A stretch of DNA of 64,000 nucleotides. Origin: Chitinophaga pinensis. Lineage in GTDB: Bacteria > Bacteroidota > Bacteroidia > Chitinophagales > Chitinophagaceae. The notes under the pieces were generated by a model, which made no database searches, was not told the origin of the DNA, and saw only the letters and a list, made by a program, of their open reading frames with translations. The stretch lies in NCBI GenBank assembly GCA_945878115.1, contig CAMDVD010000013.1:123-64122 (forward strand), written 5' to 3'. Made by a program: the position numbers and the translations under genes. Shown here in pieces: positions 1 to 9,883 of the stretch. Positions within the stretch are counted from its first letter, which is position 1. The number at the start of each line of letters is the position of its first letter.

Positions 1-756
1 GAAATCATATTGGGTAGTATCTGAACCATATTTAATTTTCATTCCTTTTGTATTCTCTACATTGCTAAATCCAATATCAGCACGAAGATGAACAGTCACT
101 ATTGTTCTGGTCCAAAGACGTAATTCGCCGCCTACTGCAAATACAAACCCAAGGTCCAAAGGGTTGTAAATTTCTCCAGTTATTTTTCCTTTTTGAGAAC
201 CTACAATAGTAGAGGTTACAGACATTCCTGTAGCTACCGTTTGATTTGCAACTTCTTTACCAGCTTCGTCTTTAAACGAAATCTTATCAGAATAGTTTCC
301 TAAAAATGCTATGTATGGTCCGAATTGCGCACTGAATCTAACGCGTCTGTTAGGGTAGTATCTGTTGAATGATTTGAAATGAAAAAGTAATGGTAATTTG
401 AGGTAAGAAAGTTCCGTTTTTCCAGTTAAGCTTAATTTAGTAATGGTGTCTTTACCTGTATAAGCTGCACCGCCCATCCAATACAATAATTGCCCGCCAA
501 AACCAACTGTTTTTTGAAACCAATATACACCTTCCACACCGGCGGCATAAGAGAAGTTCATGGTTTGTGGGTCTAGTCTTTGATCTGCATCTAGGTCATC
601 ACGATTAGGTAACATGGCAGAAAAACCACCGCCAACAAAGCCCCATTGCATGCCTAATATAGGCGCATCATTGCGTCCATTTGGACTATAGTCGTATTGA
701 GCAGAAGCGGAGTAAAAACCAATAATAGATAGTAAACAGAGTAGTTGTTTTTTCAT
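1..756 (-). CDS. Outer-membrane beta-barrel (porin-family) protein, C-terminal end cut by window edge
   Basis: Open minus-strand frame from ATG at 754-756 to base 1; absent from the ORF track because it is open-ended. Translates MKKQLLCLLSIIGFYSASAQ (signal peptide), then Gly/aromatic-rich strand-like segments (GFGGQLLYWMGG, LGFVFAVGGELRLW). Confidence 0.6.
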   Translation of the reverse strand, partial: MKKQLLCLLSIIGFYSASAQYDYSPNGRNDAPILGMQWGFVGGGFSAMLPNRDDLDADQRLDPQTMNFSYAAGVEGVYWFQKTVGFGGQLLYWMGGAAYTGKDTITKLSLTGKTELSYLKLPLLFHFKSFNRYYPNRRVRFSAQFGPYIAFLGNYSDKISFKDEAGKEVANQTVATGMSVTSTIVGSQKGKITGEIYNPLDLGFVFAVGGELRLWTRTIVTVHLRADIGFSNVENTKGMKIKYGSDTTQYDF

Positions 757-806
757 TTACTTATTTTTCGTGCTTACAAATATATAATAATTGATTACAA
801 TTTTAA

Positions 807-1421
807 CTATTCTTTAGAAACTTCATAAATTCCTGGAAATAAATATTTCTTTCCCGTCTTTATTTCTTCACATTCATAGCGGGTACGTCGCTTGAGTATT
901 AGTTTAAAAACCCGCCCATTCTCTATTTGAAATAGATCACCTATTTGCAATTGTTCTATCATAATACCTCGTGTGGAAGTATCGTATTGATGCAGTACAC
1001 GAAACAATTTCGGGTCGCTACAAGTACTGGCAGCTAAGCTTCTCATGGATTCATGCAAGGCTTTTTCTATGTCGTTTGGAAACACTTTTTTTGCAATAAA
1101 TTTGTGTAATAATTGAGCAAAAATAGATTTCCATTCTGCGCCATGTGGAGCAACCTTATTCTGGTATTGGAGATGGTTGATTAAGTGGGCAAGTTCATGA
1201 ATCAGGGTGATTAAAAAATGATATTTATTTAAGCTTGCATTGATTGAAATTCGATGGGGCAGATGTCCATGTGCTGGTCGGTAATCGCCAAGTATCGATT
1301 TTCTATCCCGTTGTACTTTGAGGTGAATTTTATATTCATGCATGTACGCAATGACATCTTCAGCCGTGCCATCGGGTAAGAAATGGGCAATGGCTTCTAT
1401 CTCGTGTTGCTTAAATGCCAT
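807..1421 (-). CDS. SprT-like zinc-metalloprotease-fold protein
   Basis: 204-aa ORF with an HExxH motif in LIHELAHLINH and an overall SprT-like layout. Confidence 0.6.
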   Translation of the reverse strand: MAFKQHEIEAIAHFLPDGTAEDVIAYMHEYKIHLKVQRDRKSILGDYRPAHGHLPHRISINASLNKYHFLITLIHELAHLINHLQYQNKVAPHGAEWKSIFAQLLHKFIAKKVFPNDIEKALHESMRSLAASTCSDPKLFRVLHQYDTSTRGIMIEQLQIGDLFQIENGRVFKLILKRRTRYECEEIKTGKKYLFPGIYEVSKE

Positions 1422-1424
1422 GTA

Positions 1425-2240
1425 TTAAATAACTGCGTTTCGTACACGAATTAATTTTTGTAATAAAGATTTGAGGTCTTTCAGTGGTAGCATATTGGCT
1501 CCATCACTCAAGGCATTTTTGGGATCAGGGTGTGTTTCTATAAATAGTCCATCTGCACCTGCTGCGATGGCACATTTCGCAATGGTTTCAATCAATTCAG
1601 GTTTGCCACCTGTAACGCCAGAGGATTGATTTGGTTGTTGTAATGCATGGGTACAGTCCATAATTACTGGTTTGCCAAAGGCTTTCATAATCGGAATACC
1701 ACGATAGTCTACGATTAAATCTTGATAACCAAAAGTAGTACCTCGTTCCGTAAGCATCACTTTTTCATTGTTTTGTGATTGCACTTTTTGCATGGCAAAT
1801 TGCATTCCATCTGGAGAAAGGAATTGACCTTTTTTGATATTGACTACTTTTTGTGTTTTTGCTGCGGCAACTAATAAGGAAGTTTGTCTACACAAGAAGG
1901 CTGGGATTTGTAATACATCTACAAATTCAGCAGCCATCATAGCATCTTCTTCGGTATGAATATCTGTGACCAATGGGATATTGAATTCTGCTTTGATGTC
2001 TGCTAAAAGCGATAATGCCTTTTCTGTTCCAATACCAGTAAATGAATGTACACTGCTTCTGTTTGCTTTGGTATAAGAAGATTTGAATACCAAGGGAATT
2101 TTCAATTCTTGACAAATAGATACGAGCTCTGATGCTGTTTCATGCAATACTGCTTTTGACTCAATCACACAAGGTCCTGCCAATAAAAAAAAGTTGCTTT
2201 CGGAATAATTCTCCTTAAATAATTCTTTTAAAAAATCCAT
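1425..2240 (-). CDS. kdsA: 3-deoxy-8-phosphooctulonate (KDO8P) synthase
   Basis: 271 aa with LLAGPCVIES, KSSYTKANRSS, MDCTHALQQP and GLFIETHPDP motifs typical of KdsA. Confidence 0.9.
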   Translation of the reverse strand: MDFLKELFKENYSESNFFLLAGPCVIESKAVLHETASELVSICQELKIPLVFKSSYTKANRSSVHSFTGIGTEKALSLLADIKAEFNIPLVTDIHTEEDAMMAAEFVDVLQIPAFLCRQTSLLVAAAKTQKVVNIKKGQFLSPDGMQFAMQKVQSQNNEKVMLTERGTTFGYQDLIVDYRGIPIMKAFGKPVIMDCTHALQQPNQSSGVTGGKPELIETIAKCAIAAGADGLFIETHPDPKNALSDGANMLPLKDLKSLLQKLIRVRNAVI

Positions 2241-2326
2241 GTCGCAATTTAATACACTTTTGTATTTTCACCGAATAAATTAAAAAATGAGAATTACCCT
2301 TAACTCTTTTTTAGTTCATCTACATC

Positions 2327-2908
2327 ATGCGTAAAATTGGAATCACAGGAGGAATAGGTAGCGGTAAATCGACAGTATGCAAATTGTTTGAAATGCTTGG
2401 TATACCTGTTTTCTATGCCGATGATGTGGCGAAGAAATTATATACAGATGACGAAGAAGTAAAAGAAAAAACGATTCGAATATTTGGGGAAGGCGTCTAT
2501 CCGAATGGACAATTTGATAGAGGTATTTTAGCTGCCTTAATTTTTCAAGATGAGCAAAAACGGCAACAACTGAATGCCATCATACATCCTAAAGTATTGG
2601 CTCTTGGTGAAGTGTGGATGAAACAACAAACCGCGTCTTTTGCGTTGAAAGAAGCAGCTTTGCTCATAGAATCCAATTCCTATAAACAACTCGATGACAT
2701 CATTTTAGTTGTGTCGCCTTTGCAAAAAAAAATGGAAAGAATTATGCAACGCGATCAATTGACAGAAGAACAAATCGAACTTCGTATGCGACGCCAAATG
2801 ACAGACGAAGAAAAACGACCATTTTGTAAATATGAAATCATCAATGATGATGAACATTTGTTGATAGAGCAAGTGATGAAACTTGGTCGAATATTAGGCA
2901 AAAGTTAA
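2327..2908 (+). CDS. coaE: Dephospho-CoA kinase
   Basis: 193 aa, starting MRKIGITGGIGSGKST (P-loop). Size and layout fit CoaE. Confidence 0.85.
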   Translation: MRKIGITGGIGSGKSTVCKLFEMLGIPVFYADDVAKKLYTDDEEVKEKTIRIFGEGVYPNGQFDRGILAALIFQDEQKRQQLNAIIHPKVLALGEVWMKQQTASFALKEAALLIESNSYKQLDDIILVVSPLQKKMERIMQRDQLTEEQIELRMRRQMTDEEKRPFCKYEIINDDEHLLIEQVMKLGRILGKS

Positions 2909-3017
2909 TGGATATTCTATGTAGACTTCATTCAAAATATATAGAACTTATTACTTAGAGATTAGTATCGATGAGCTAAAGGAGATTAACTTAAAAAAAA
3001 TTTCTACACGAGGTGCT

Positions 3018-3386
3018 TTGTCCTTTGTTTCCAACTATTCAGGATTCTTTAGCGAAAGTGATTTTCTACTTTTAAGAAATGGATTAATAAAGGTAATTGG
3101 AAAAGTATCTATCATGCCAAACGGAATTCAAATTGCTGTCACTTATCGACCATCTTTTAATCCGTTCTATATTTTTATTCCAACCTTATTATTATTGTGC
3201 TATTGTTTATTTTCGGCGGAAACAATAATCATTAATGGTGAAGCAGCGTCACTATTGAATGCAAGCAAATTAACTAACTTAACGTACATTTTTATTGTTA
3301 CGTTTATCACGGTAATTATATTATCAAGATTGAATAAGGAAAAGGAAATATTAGAGCGGGAACTAAAAGTTATGAAAATCCACTAA
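3018..3386 (+). CDS. Hypothetical small membrane protein
   Basis: 122-aa ORF with a TTG start and two hydrophobic segments (FYIFIPTLLLLCYCLF, YIFIVTFITVIILS). No recognisable family. Confidence 0.35.
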   Translation: MSFVSNYSGFFSESDFLLLRNGLIKVIGKVSIMPNGIQIAVTYRPSFNPFYIFIPTLLLLCYCLFSAETIIINGEAASLLNASKLTNLTYIFIVTFITVIILSRLNKEKEILERELKVMKIH

Positions 3387-3391
3387 AGGAA

Positions 3392-3500
3392 AGTCGTTAG
3401 TAGAAAGTCGTAAGTAGTTAGTAACAAGTAGTTTGTAGATAGTACTTGGATTATTTGAACTTCGGTTTTGGAATTTGGAATTTTATTTTTGGAATTTTGT
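3392..3500 (+). repeat. Intergenic low-complexity repeat (AGTAGTTAGTA...GGAATTTGGAATTTTATTTTTGGAATTTT), family shared with 48872-48977
   Basis: By-eye alignment to the reverse complement of 48872-48977: AGTAGTTAGTA .. AGTAGTTT .. GGATT .. TTGGAATTTGGAATTT(T/G)ATTTTTGGAATTTT. Lies between convergent genes. Confidence 0.6.
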
Positions 3501-3501
3501 A

Positions 3502-3723
3502 CTAATATTCGTCTTCGTTAAAAAAGAAATCTTCTTGTGTAGGGTAATCAGGCCAAATGTCCTCAATACCTTCATAAGATTCTACTTCATCATCTAGTTC
3601 TTGAATGTTCTCGATGACTTCCAAAGGCGCGCCTGAACGAATGGCGTAATCTATTAATTCATCTTTGGTGGCTGGCCATGGGGCTTCTTCAAGATGTGAG
3701 GCTAATTCTAAACTCCAGAACAT
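3502..3723 (-). CDS. DUF2795-like small acidic protein
   Basis: 73 aa; ATKDELIDYAIRSGAPLEVIENIQEL resembles the DUF2795 pattern. Confidence 0.6.
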   Translation of the reverse strand: MFWSLELASHLEEAPWPATKDELIDYAIRSGAPLEVIENIQELDDEVESYEGIEDIWPDYPTQEDFFFNEDEY

Positions 3724-3802
3724 ATAATTTTGTTTTTATGATTTGTTATTTGCCGCAAATGTAACATATAATTTATATCCACCAAATCTTTATGTTTGCA
3801 TT

Positions 3803-4453
3803 ATGTTATCTACAAAAAACATAATAAAAAATTACGGAAATCTTGCCATTTTAAAGGGGGTAAATATTACCGTTCAAGAGTCTGAAATCGTTAGTATCAT
3901 TGGTTCTTCGGGTGCCGGCAAAAGTACTTTGTTGCATATTATGGGAACCTTAGACAAACCAGATTCTGGACAACTTTTTATCGATGGTATAGATGTATTC
4001 GCACTCAGTAATAAAAAATTAGCCCACTTCAGAAATCAGAGAATTGGATTTGTATTTCAGTTTCATCATTTGCTTCCAGAATTCTCTGCGGTAGAAAATG
4101 TTTGTATGCCAGGTTGGATTGCCGGGATTTCAAAAAAAAATGCCATGCTGAGAGCTTCGGAATTATTAGATCTATTGCAATTGAAAGACAGATTACATCA
4201 CAAGCCAAATGAACTTTCGGGAGGCGAACAACAACGGGTTGCCATTGCAAGAGCATTGATGAATAAGCCAAGAATTGTTTTAGCCGATGAACCAACTGGT
4301 AATTTGGATAGTGAAAATTCGATGGCTATTTTTAATTTAATTCGTTTGCTTCGTGATGAAATGAAACAAACCTTTGTGATGGTAACACATAATGATGAAT
4401 TGGCTAAACTAACAGATAGAACTTTTAAAATGGTGGATGGAAAAACGGTATAA
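3803..4453 (+). CDS. ABC transporter ATP-binding protein (LolD/FtsE-like)
   Basis: Walker A GSSGAGKST, signature LSGGEQQRVAIARAL, Walker B IVLADEPTGNLD. I start at ATG 3803 (MLSTKNIIKNYG) rather than the track start at 3743. Confidence 0.85.
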   Translation: MLSTKNIIKNYGNLAILKGVNITVQESEIVSIIGSSGAGKSTLLHIMGTLDKPDSGQLFIDGIDVFALSNKKLAHFRNQRIGFVFQFHHLLPEFSAVENVCMPGWIAGISKKNAMLRASELLDLLQLKDRLHHKPNELSGGEQQRVAIARALMNKPRIVLADEPTGNLDSENSMAIFNLIRLLRDEMKQTFVMVTHNDELAKLTDRTFKMVDGKTV

Positions 4454-4454
4454 A

Positions 4455-6065
4455 ATGAAAATCGAAAAACAAACAATCTCCATTTCGCAAACAAATTCAT
4501 TTTCACAATTAGTGATGGACTATGTTGATGAAAATGAAAAAATGCTTCCGTTTATTGAAGCATTTCCGTCCCTCGAAACATTGCAGAAGCAGTTAAGTCA
4601 TAAAATGTTTCAACCAGCACAAAGAGATTTATTAGTACGTGTTTTGCGAAAGCAATATGCAAAAATAAACATCACGGAAGCAGAAGAAAATGCTTGTGGA
4701 TTATTGCAGAAGCAAAATACATTCACGATTTGTACTGCTCATCAACCCGTAATTTTTACTGGGCATTTATATTTTATGTATAAAATAATGCATGTCATTA
4801 AATTAGCTGAACAATGTAAAATGCAATTTTCGGATTATGATTTCGTGCCTGTTTTTTATATGGGAAGTGAAGATGATGATTTGCAAGAAATTGGAACATT
4901 CCATTATAATCAAAAAAAATACCAGTGGGATACGCCACAGACAGGGGCTTGCGGGCGAATGTCTACTAAAGATTTAGAACCTATCTTACAAGAAGTTTGC
5001 CTTACATTGAACCTCCAAAAGGAGGATGAAAAATATTTGTTTGATGTATTACAAGAAGCCTATCATTCGACCAATACGCTTGCAGAAGCTACGCGAATGC
5101 TTGTCCACCATTTATTTGGTATGTATGGATTATTGGTTATTGATGGAGATGATACTGAATTCAAAAGGACTTTCATTCCTGTAATGGAAGATGAATTAAT
5201 ACAACAAAGTTCTCATTTGGTTGTTGCAAAAACGATAGAACAACTGCAGGTAAATTACACAGCACAAGCTTCACCTAGGGAATTAAATTTATTTTATTTG
5301 AAAGACAATATTCGAGAAAGGATAGAACGAGTAGGGGAGCAATGGACAGTAAATAATACCGCCATTTCTTTTGATAAAACAGCGTTGCTTGATGAGCTTC
5401 ATCAATACCCTGAAAGGTTTTCGCCGAATGTGATTTTACGACCATTATACCAAGAAAATATATTGCCCAATATAGCATTTATTGGTGGCGGCGCAGAGAT
5501 TGCCTATTGGATGGAATTGAAATCTTTATTTGCATACCATCATATTGTTTACCCTATTTTGCAATTAAGAAATTCTATACTTTGGATTGGCGAAAGGGAA
5601 CAACAAAGAATGAAAATGTTGTCGTTGCGCCATGCAGATTTATTTAAAGATATTGAAGCATTATATCAACAATTTGTTGCAAAATCAGATACAATGCAGG
5701 AATTAGATAAATTACAAAATACGATAAATACATACTACCAGGAGATTAATTTATTAAGCAAAGAAGTAAATAAGCCCTTAGAAGTGAGTATGCTTGCTCA
5801 TCATGCGAAAGCAGAAAAAATTCAGAAACGAATTAGGGAAAAATTTGTGGCGCAAATAAAAAAGAAAGATGAACAGATTTACACGAACATTCTTAAATTG
5901 AAGACTGCATTATTTCCTAAGCATACTTTACAGGAAAGACATGACAATTTTTTGACACTATACAAACTGTATGGACGAGAAATGTTTAGCATTTTGTATC
6001 AATACCAAGATGGACTGAAAAATGATTTTATTATTCTGCAAGCGCATGAAATGAATGATTATTGA
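4455..6065 (+). CDS. bshC: Bacillithiol biosynthesis cysteine-adding enzyme
   Basis: About 536 aa. N-terminal FSQLVMDYV, central FIGGGAEIAYW and the size match my recollection of Bacteroidota BshC. ATG 4455 follows the upstream stop (4451-4453). Confidence 0.7.
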   Translation: MKIEKQTISISQTNSFSQLVMDYVDENEKMLPFIEAFPSLETLQKQLSHKMFQPAQRDLLVRVLRKQYAKINITEAEENACGLLQKQNTFTICTAHQPVIFTGHLYFMYKIMHVIKLAEQCKMQFSDYDFVPVFYMGSEDDDLQEIGTFHYNQKKYQWDTPQTGACGRMSTKDLEPILQEVCLTLNLQKEDEKYLFDVLQEAYHSTNTLAEATRMLVHHLFGMYGLLVIDGDDTEFKRTFIPVMEDELIQQSSHLVVAKTIEQLQVNYTAQASPRELNLFYLKDNIRERIERVGEQWTVNNTAISFDKTALLDELHQYPERFSPNVILRPLYQENILPNIAFIGGGAEIAYWMELKSLFAYHHIVYPILQLRNSILWIGEREQQRMKMLSLRHADLFKDIEALYQQFVAKSDTMQELDKLQNTINTYYQEINLLSKEVNKPLEVSMLAHHAKAEKIQKRIREKFVAQIKKKDEQIYTNILKLKTALFPKHTLQERHDNFLTLYKLYGREMFSILYQYQDGLKNDFIILQAHEMNDY

Positions 6066-6149
6066 AGAAATAATTTGTTATAAGGCGTTAGAAAAAGATA
6101 CCCGTTATAAATAAACGAAACATTGCATTCTTTTGCTTTATTTTGCCGA

Positions 6150-7379
6150 ATGGAAACTTTATTACAATCTCGAAGTAGTCAATGTATTGAGCGGGAAGAA
6201 AAATACAATGCGCACAATTATCATCCTTTGCCCGTAGTTTTAGACAAAGGGAAAGGTGTTTATGTTTGGGATGTGGAAGGAAAAAAGTATTTCGATTTTC
6301 TGAGTGGATATTCTGCAATCAATCAAGGACATTGTCACCCACGAATTATACAAACCTTAGTTGAGCAAGCACAAAAATTAACCTTGACTTCACGTGCCTT
6401 TCATAGCGAATTGCTTGGTGAATATGCACAATTTATCACTTCATTTTTTGGGTATGATAAAGTGTTGCCTATGAATACAGGTGTTGAAGGCGTTGAGACT
6501 GCCATTAAGTTGGCGCGTAAATGGGGTTATGCATATAAAGGAATCGAAGAAAATAAAGCAGTTATTATAGTTTGTGAAGGTAATTTTCATGGTCGTACGA
6601 TCAATGTAATTTCCTTTAGTTCTGATCCAGATTCCAAGAAAGATTTCGGACCTTTTGTCCCTGGTTATATTTCTATCGAATTCAATAATTTGAATGAATT
6701 GGCAGGTGCACTAAAAGATAAAAATGTATGTGGATTTTTAGTTGAACCTATTCAAGGAGAAGCAGGAGTTGTAGTACCTGATGCTGGTTATTTAAGTAGC
6801 TGTTATGCGATGTGCAAAGCAGCGAATGTATTATTTATTGCAGATGAAATTCAAACAGGATTGGCACGAACTGGAAGGATGTTGGCTTGTGATTATGAAT
6901 CCGTAAAGCCAGATATACTTATTCTGGGAAAAGCCTTAAGCGGCGGTACTTTACCAGTAAGTGCAGTTTTGTGTAACGATGAAATTATGTTGACTATTAA
7001 ACCAGGTGAACATGGTTCTACGTATGGCGGAAATCCATTAGCATGTAAGGTGGCAATGGTTGCTTTGCAAGTTTTAGTAGATGAAAATATGGCTGAAAAT
7101 TCGGATGAATTAGGCAATTATTTTCGAACTAAATTGGCAGCTTTACAAAGTCCTTACATTTCATTGATACGTGGAAAAGGATTATTCAATGCAATTGTTA
7201 TCAAGCATAGTCATAAAGATGCCGCTTGGACTTTATGCCTTGAGATGATGAAAAATGGATTGCTAGCCAAACCAACACATGGTGACAAAATTCGTTTCGC
7301 TCCACCCTTATTAATTACAAAAAATGAAATGGATATTTGTATAGAAATCATTGCGAAAAGTTTAGCCATTTTGGACTAA
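6150..7379 (+). CDS. rocD: Ornithine--oxo-acid aminotransferase
   Basis: Class-III PLP aminotransferase. [46 protein letters not shown] and [11 protein letters not shown] are characteristic of OAT. Start taken at ATG 6150. Confidence 0.85.
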   Translation: METLLQSRSSQCIEREEKYNAHNYHPLPVVLDKGKGVYVWDVEGKKYFDFLSGYSAINQGHCHPRIIQTLVEQAQKLTLTSRAFHSELLGEYAQFITSFFGYDKVLPMNTGVEGVETAIKLARKWGYAYKGIEENKAVIIVCEGNFHGRTINVISFSSDPDSKKDFGPFVPGYISIEFNNLNELAGALKDKNVCGFLVEPIQGEAGVVVPDAGYLSSCYAMCKAANVLFIADEIQTGLARTGRMLACDYESVKPDILILGKALSGGTLPVSAVLCNDEIMLTIKPGEHGSTYGGNPLACKVAMVALQVLVDENMAENSDELGNYFRTKLAALQSPYISLIRGKGLFNAIVIKHSHKDAAWTLCLEMMKNGLLAKPTHGDKIRFAPPLLITKNEMDICIEIIAKSLAILD

Positions 7380-7990
7380 TGGATATGCCGAATTTCGATT
7401 TTTCGCAAGACTATATTTTAGAAAATGAGAATGTAAAGCTTAGACCTTTAGCGCTAAGTGATTATGAATATCTGGTTGGATTCGCGTTGCAAGAACCTGA
7501 AACATGGACCTATTCTTTCGTTCAACCAATAGGTGAAGAAGGCATGAAAAATTATATTGAATCTGCCATTAATGCAAGAAATACATTAATGGAATATCCA
7601 TTTATTGTGTTTGATAAATTGCAACAAAAATATGCTGGGAGTACAAGATTTTATGATATACAATTGAATAATAAAACACTTCAATTGGGTTATACTTGGT
7701 ATGGGAAAGCCTTTAGAGGAACTGGATTAAATAAACATTGTAAGCTGCTCCTATTGCAATTTGTTTTTGAACAAATGGGTATGGAGCGTGTTGAATTTAG
7801 GGCTGATCATCAGAATGAAAGAAGTATCGCGGCGATGAAAAGTATTGGTTGTGTTGAAGAAGGAATTCTTCGATCACATGGTATCAAATCGGATGGAAAA
7901 AGGAGAAGCAGTATGGTTCTGAGTATTTTGCGACAGGAGTGGGAAACATCTGCTAAGCAAAAATTACAAGAGAAATTACAAATACATTAG
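7379..7990 (+). CDS. GNAT family N-acetyltransferase (RimJ/RimL-like)
   Basis: About 203 aa with an acetyltransferase core (RVEFRADHQNERSIAAMKSIGCVEEGILR). The ATG overlaps the rocD stop (TAATG). Confidence 0.7.
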   Translation: MDMPNFDFSQDYILENENVKLRPLALSDYEYLVGFALQEPETWTYSFVQPIGEEGMKNYIESAINARNTLMEYPFIVFDKLQQKYAGSTRFYDIQLNNKTLQLGYTWYGKAFRGTGLNKHCKLLLLQFVFEQMGMERVEFRADHQNERSIAAMKSIGCVEEGILRSHGIKSDGKRRSSMVLSILRQEWETSAKQKLQEKLQIH

Positions 7991-8038
7991 CAGTTTGCTT
8001 CAACGTAAATTATTATAGAAAAATATAACGAGTGGTTA

Positions 8039-9877
8039 CTATTCCACGGTTACACTTTTTGCCAAGTTCCTAGGTTGATCTACATTACATCCACGCATTA
8101 GCGCAATATGATACGCTAATAATTGCAATGGTACTATAGACACAAGTGGAGATAATAATTCATCTGTTTCTGGAATTTCAATATAGTCATCTGCTAAATC
8201 GCTGATAATGGAATCTCCTTCGTTGATGATGGCAATTACTTTTCCTTTTCTTGCTTTAACTTCTTGAATATTAGAAACTATTTTTTCGTGCGCACTCTTA
8301 TTGGTCGCAATAAATAACACTGGCATGTTTTCATCTATTAACGCAATAGGACCATGCTTCATTTCTGCAGCAGGATAGCCTTCTGCATGGATATAGGAAA
8401 TCTCTTTTAATTTTAATGCACCTTCTAAAGCAATTGGAAAGCAAAGCCCACGACCTAAGTATAGAAAGTTTTGTGCATCTTTATATTTAGCTGCCAACTC
8501 TTTTACTTTGTCATTTGTTTTTAAAGCCTCTTTCACTTTGTTTGGAATAGTTTCCATTTCATACAAAATTTGTCGAAGGCGAGATTGTGAAATGGTGCCT
8601 TTACTTTGTGCCAATTGTAAGGCCAATAAAGTAAGTATAGTAACCTGTACGCTAAAAGCTTTTGTAGATGCAACGCCAATTTCAGGACCTGCATGTGTAT
8701 ACGAACCTGCATGCGATGCTCTGGCAATGGAAGAACCTATCACATTGCAAATACCATAAATTAGTGCTTGTTTTTCCTTTGCTATTTGAATCGCAGAAAG
8801 CGTATCGGCTGTCTCACCAGATTGTGAAATGGCAATCACCACATCCTTCTCTGATATGATTGGATTACGATATCTAAATTCTGATGCATATTCTACTTCA
8901 ACAGGTACACGAGCTAGTTCTTCGATCAAATATTCGGCAATTAGACCACTATGCCAAGAAGTGCCACAAGCTGTTATAATAATACGTTTGGCATTATTTA
9001 TTCTAGTTGAAAATTCATTTATACCGCCTAATCGTATCCATCCTTGTTCCGCATTCATCCGACCACGCATACAATCTAAAATAACTTGTGGTTGCTCATA
9101 AATTTCTTTCAACATGAAATGTTCGTAGCCGCCTTTCTCAATTGTTTCTAGCTGCATTTCAAGTTTATGGATGTATGGTGATTTCTTAACATTGCCTAAT
9201 GTTTTGATTTCTAAAGAACCACCTCGGTGAAGAACTGCAATTTCCTCGTCATTTAAATAAACAACTTTTTTTGTATGTTCTATGATTGGGGAAGCATCAG
9301 ATGCAACAAAATATTCATCTTTGCCAATGCCAATAACCAATGGGCTTCCTTTACGTGCCGCAACCAATTTATTAGGTTCTCTTTTATCTAATATGACAAT
9401 TGCATACGCGCCAATCACTTGATTGAGTGCAATACGTACTGCTTCTTCAATACTTACCTTTTCTTCTTTTTGAATGTCTTCAATTAGGTTCAATAATACT
9501 TCTGTATCCGTATCACTTTCAAAGGTATATCCACGTTGAATTAATTCAGCTTGTAAGGAAGCATAATTTTCAATGATACCATTATGAATTATCGCAAGAT
9601 TGCCAGAATTAGATTGATGTGGATGCGCATTTCGATCACAAGGAACACCATGTGTTGCCCAACGTGTATGCCCAATTCCTATATTGCCGACAGTTGATTT
9701 TCCTTTTGTAAAAACTTCTAAGTCGAGTACTTTGCCTTCCTTTTTTAATATAGATAAGGATTCATTTAATAAGGCAATTCCAGCACTGTCATAACCTCTG
9801 TATTCCAGTCTTTTAAGACCTTTAATGATTATAGGATAAGCCTCTTGCGGTCCTATATAAGCAACTATTCCACACAT
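8039..9877 (-). CDS. glmS: Glutamine--fructose-6-phosphate aminotransferase
   Basis: 612 aa with the MCGIVAY N-terminal nucleophile, two SIS-type halves and a C-terminal LAKSVTVE. Confidence 0.95.
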   Translation of the reverse strand: MCGIVAYIGPQEAYPIIIKGLKRLEYRGYDSAGIALLNESLSILKKEGKVLDLEVFTKGKSTVGNIGIGHTRWATHGVPCDRNAHPHQSNSGNLAIIHNGIIENYASLQAELIQRGYTFESDTDTEVLLNLIEDIQKEEKVSIEEAVRIALNQVIGAYAIVILDKREPNKLVAARKGSPLVIGIGKDEYFVASDASPIIEHTKKVVYLNDEEIAVLHRGGSLEIKTLGNVKKSPYIHKLEMQLETIEKGGYEHFMLKEIYEQPQVILDCMRGRMNAEQGWIRLGGINEFSTRINNAKRIIITACGTSWHSGLIAEYLIEELARVPVEVEYASEFRYRNPIISEKDVVIAISQSGETADTLSAIQIAKEKQALIYGICNVIGSSIARASHAGSYTHAGPEIGVASTKAFSVQVTILTLLALQLAQSKGTISQSRLRQILYEMETIPNKVKEALKTNDKVKELAAKYKDAQNFLYLGRGLCFPIALEGALKLKEISYIHAEGYPAAEMKHGPIALIDENMPVLFIATNKSAHEKIVSNIQEVKARKGKVIAIINEGDSIISDLADDYIEIPETDELLSPLVSIVPLQLLAYHIALMRGCNVDQPRNLAKSVTVE

Positions 9878-9883
9878 GTTTTA

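Noticed and set aside
4132-4140. A9 homopolymers inside coding DNA (4132-4140 in the ABC ATPase; 46403-46411 at the start of the 681-aa ORF) as phase-variation switches
   Set aside because: Both are in frame, giving sensible protein (ISKKNAM; MKKKKY), and such runs are expected in AT-rich Lys-rich genes. There is no sign of a frameshifted alternative product.
9878-9883. glmS ribozyme upstream of glmS, and a preQ1 riboswitch upstream of queE
   Set aside because: glmS starts 6 nt after the preceding CDS and queE 3 nt after folD, so there is no leader space. Both appear to be internal operon genes.
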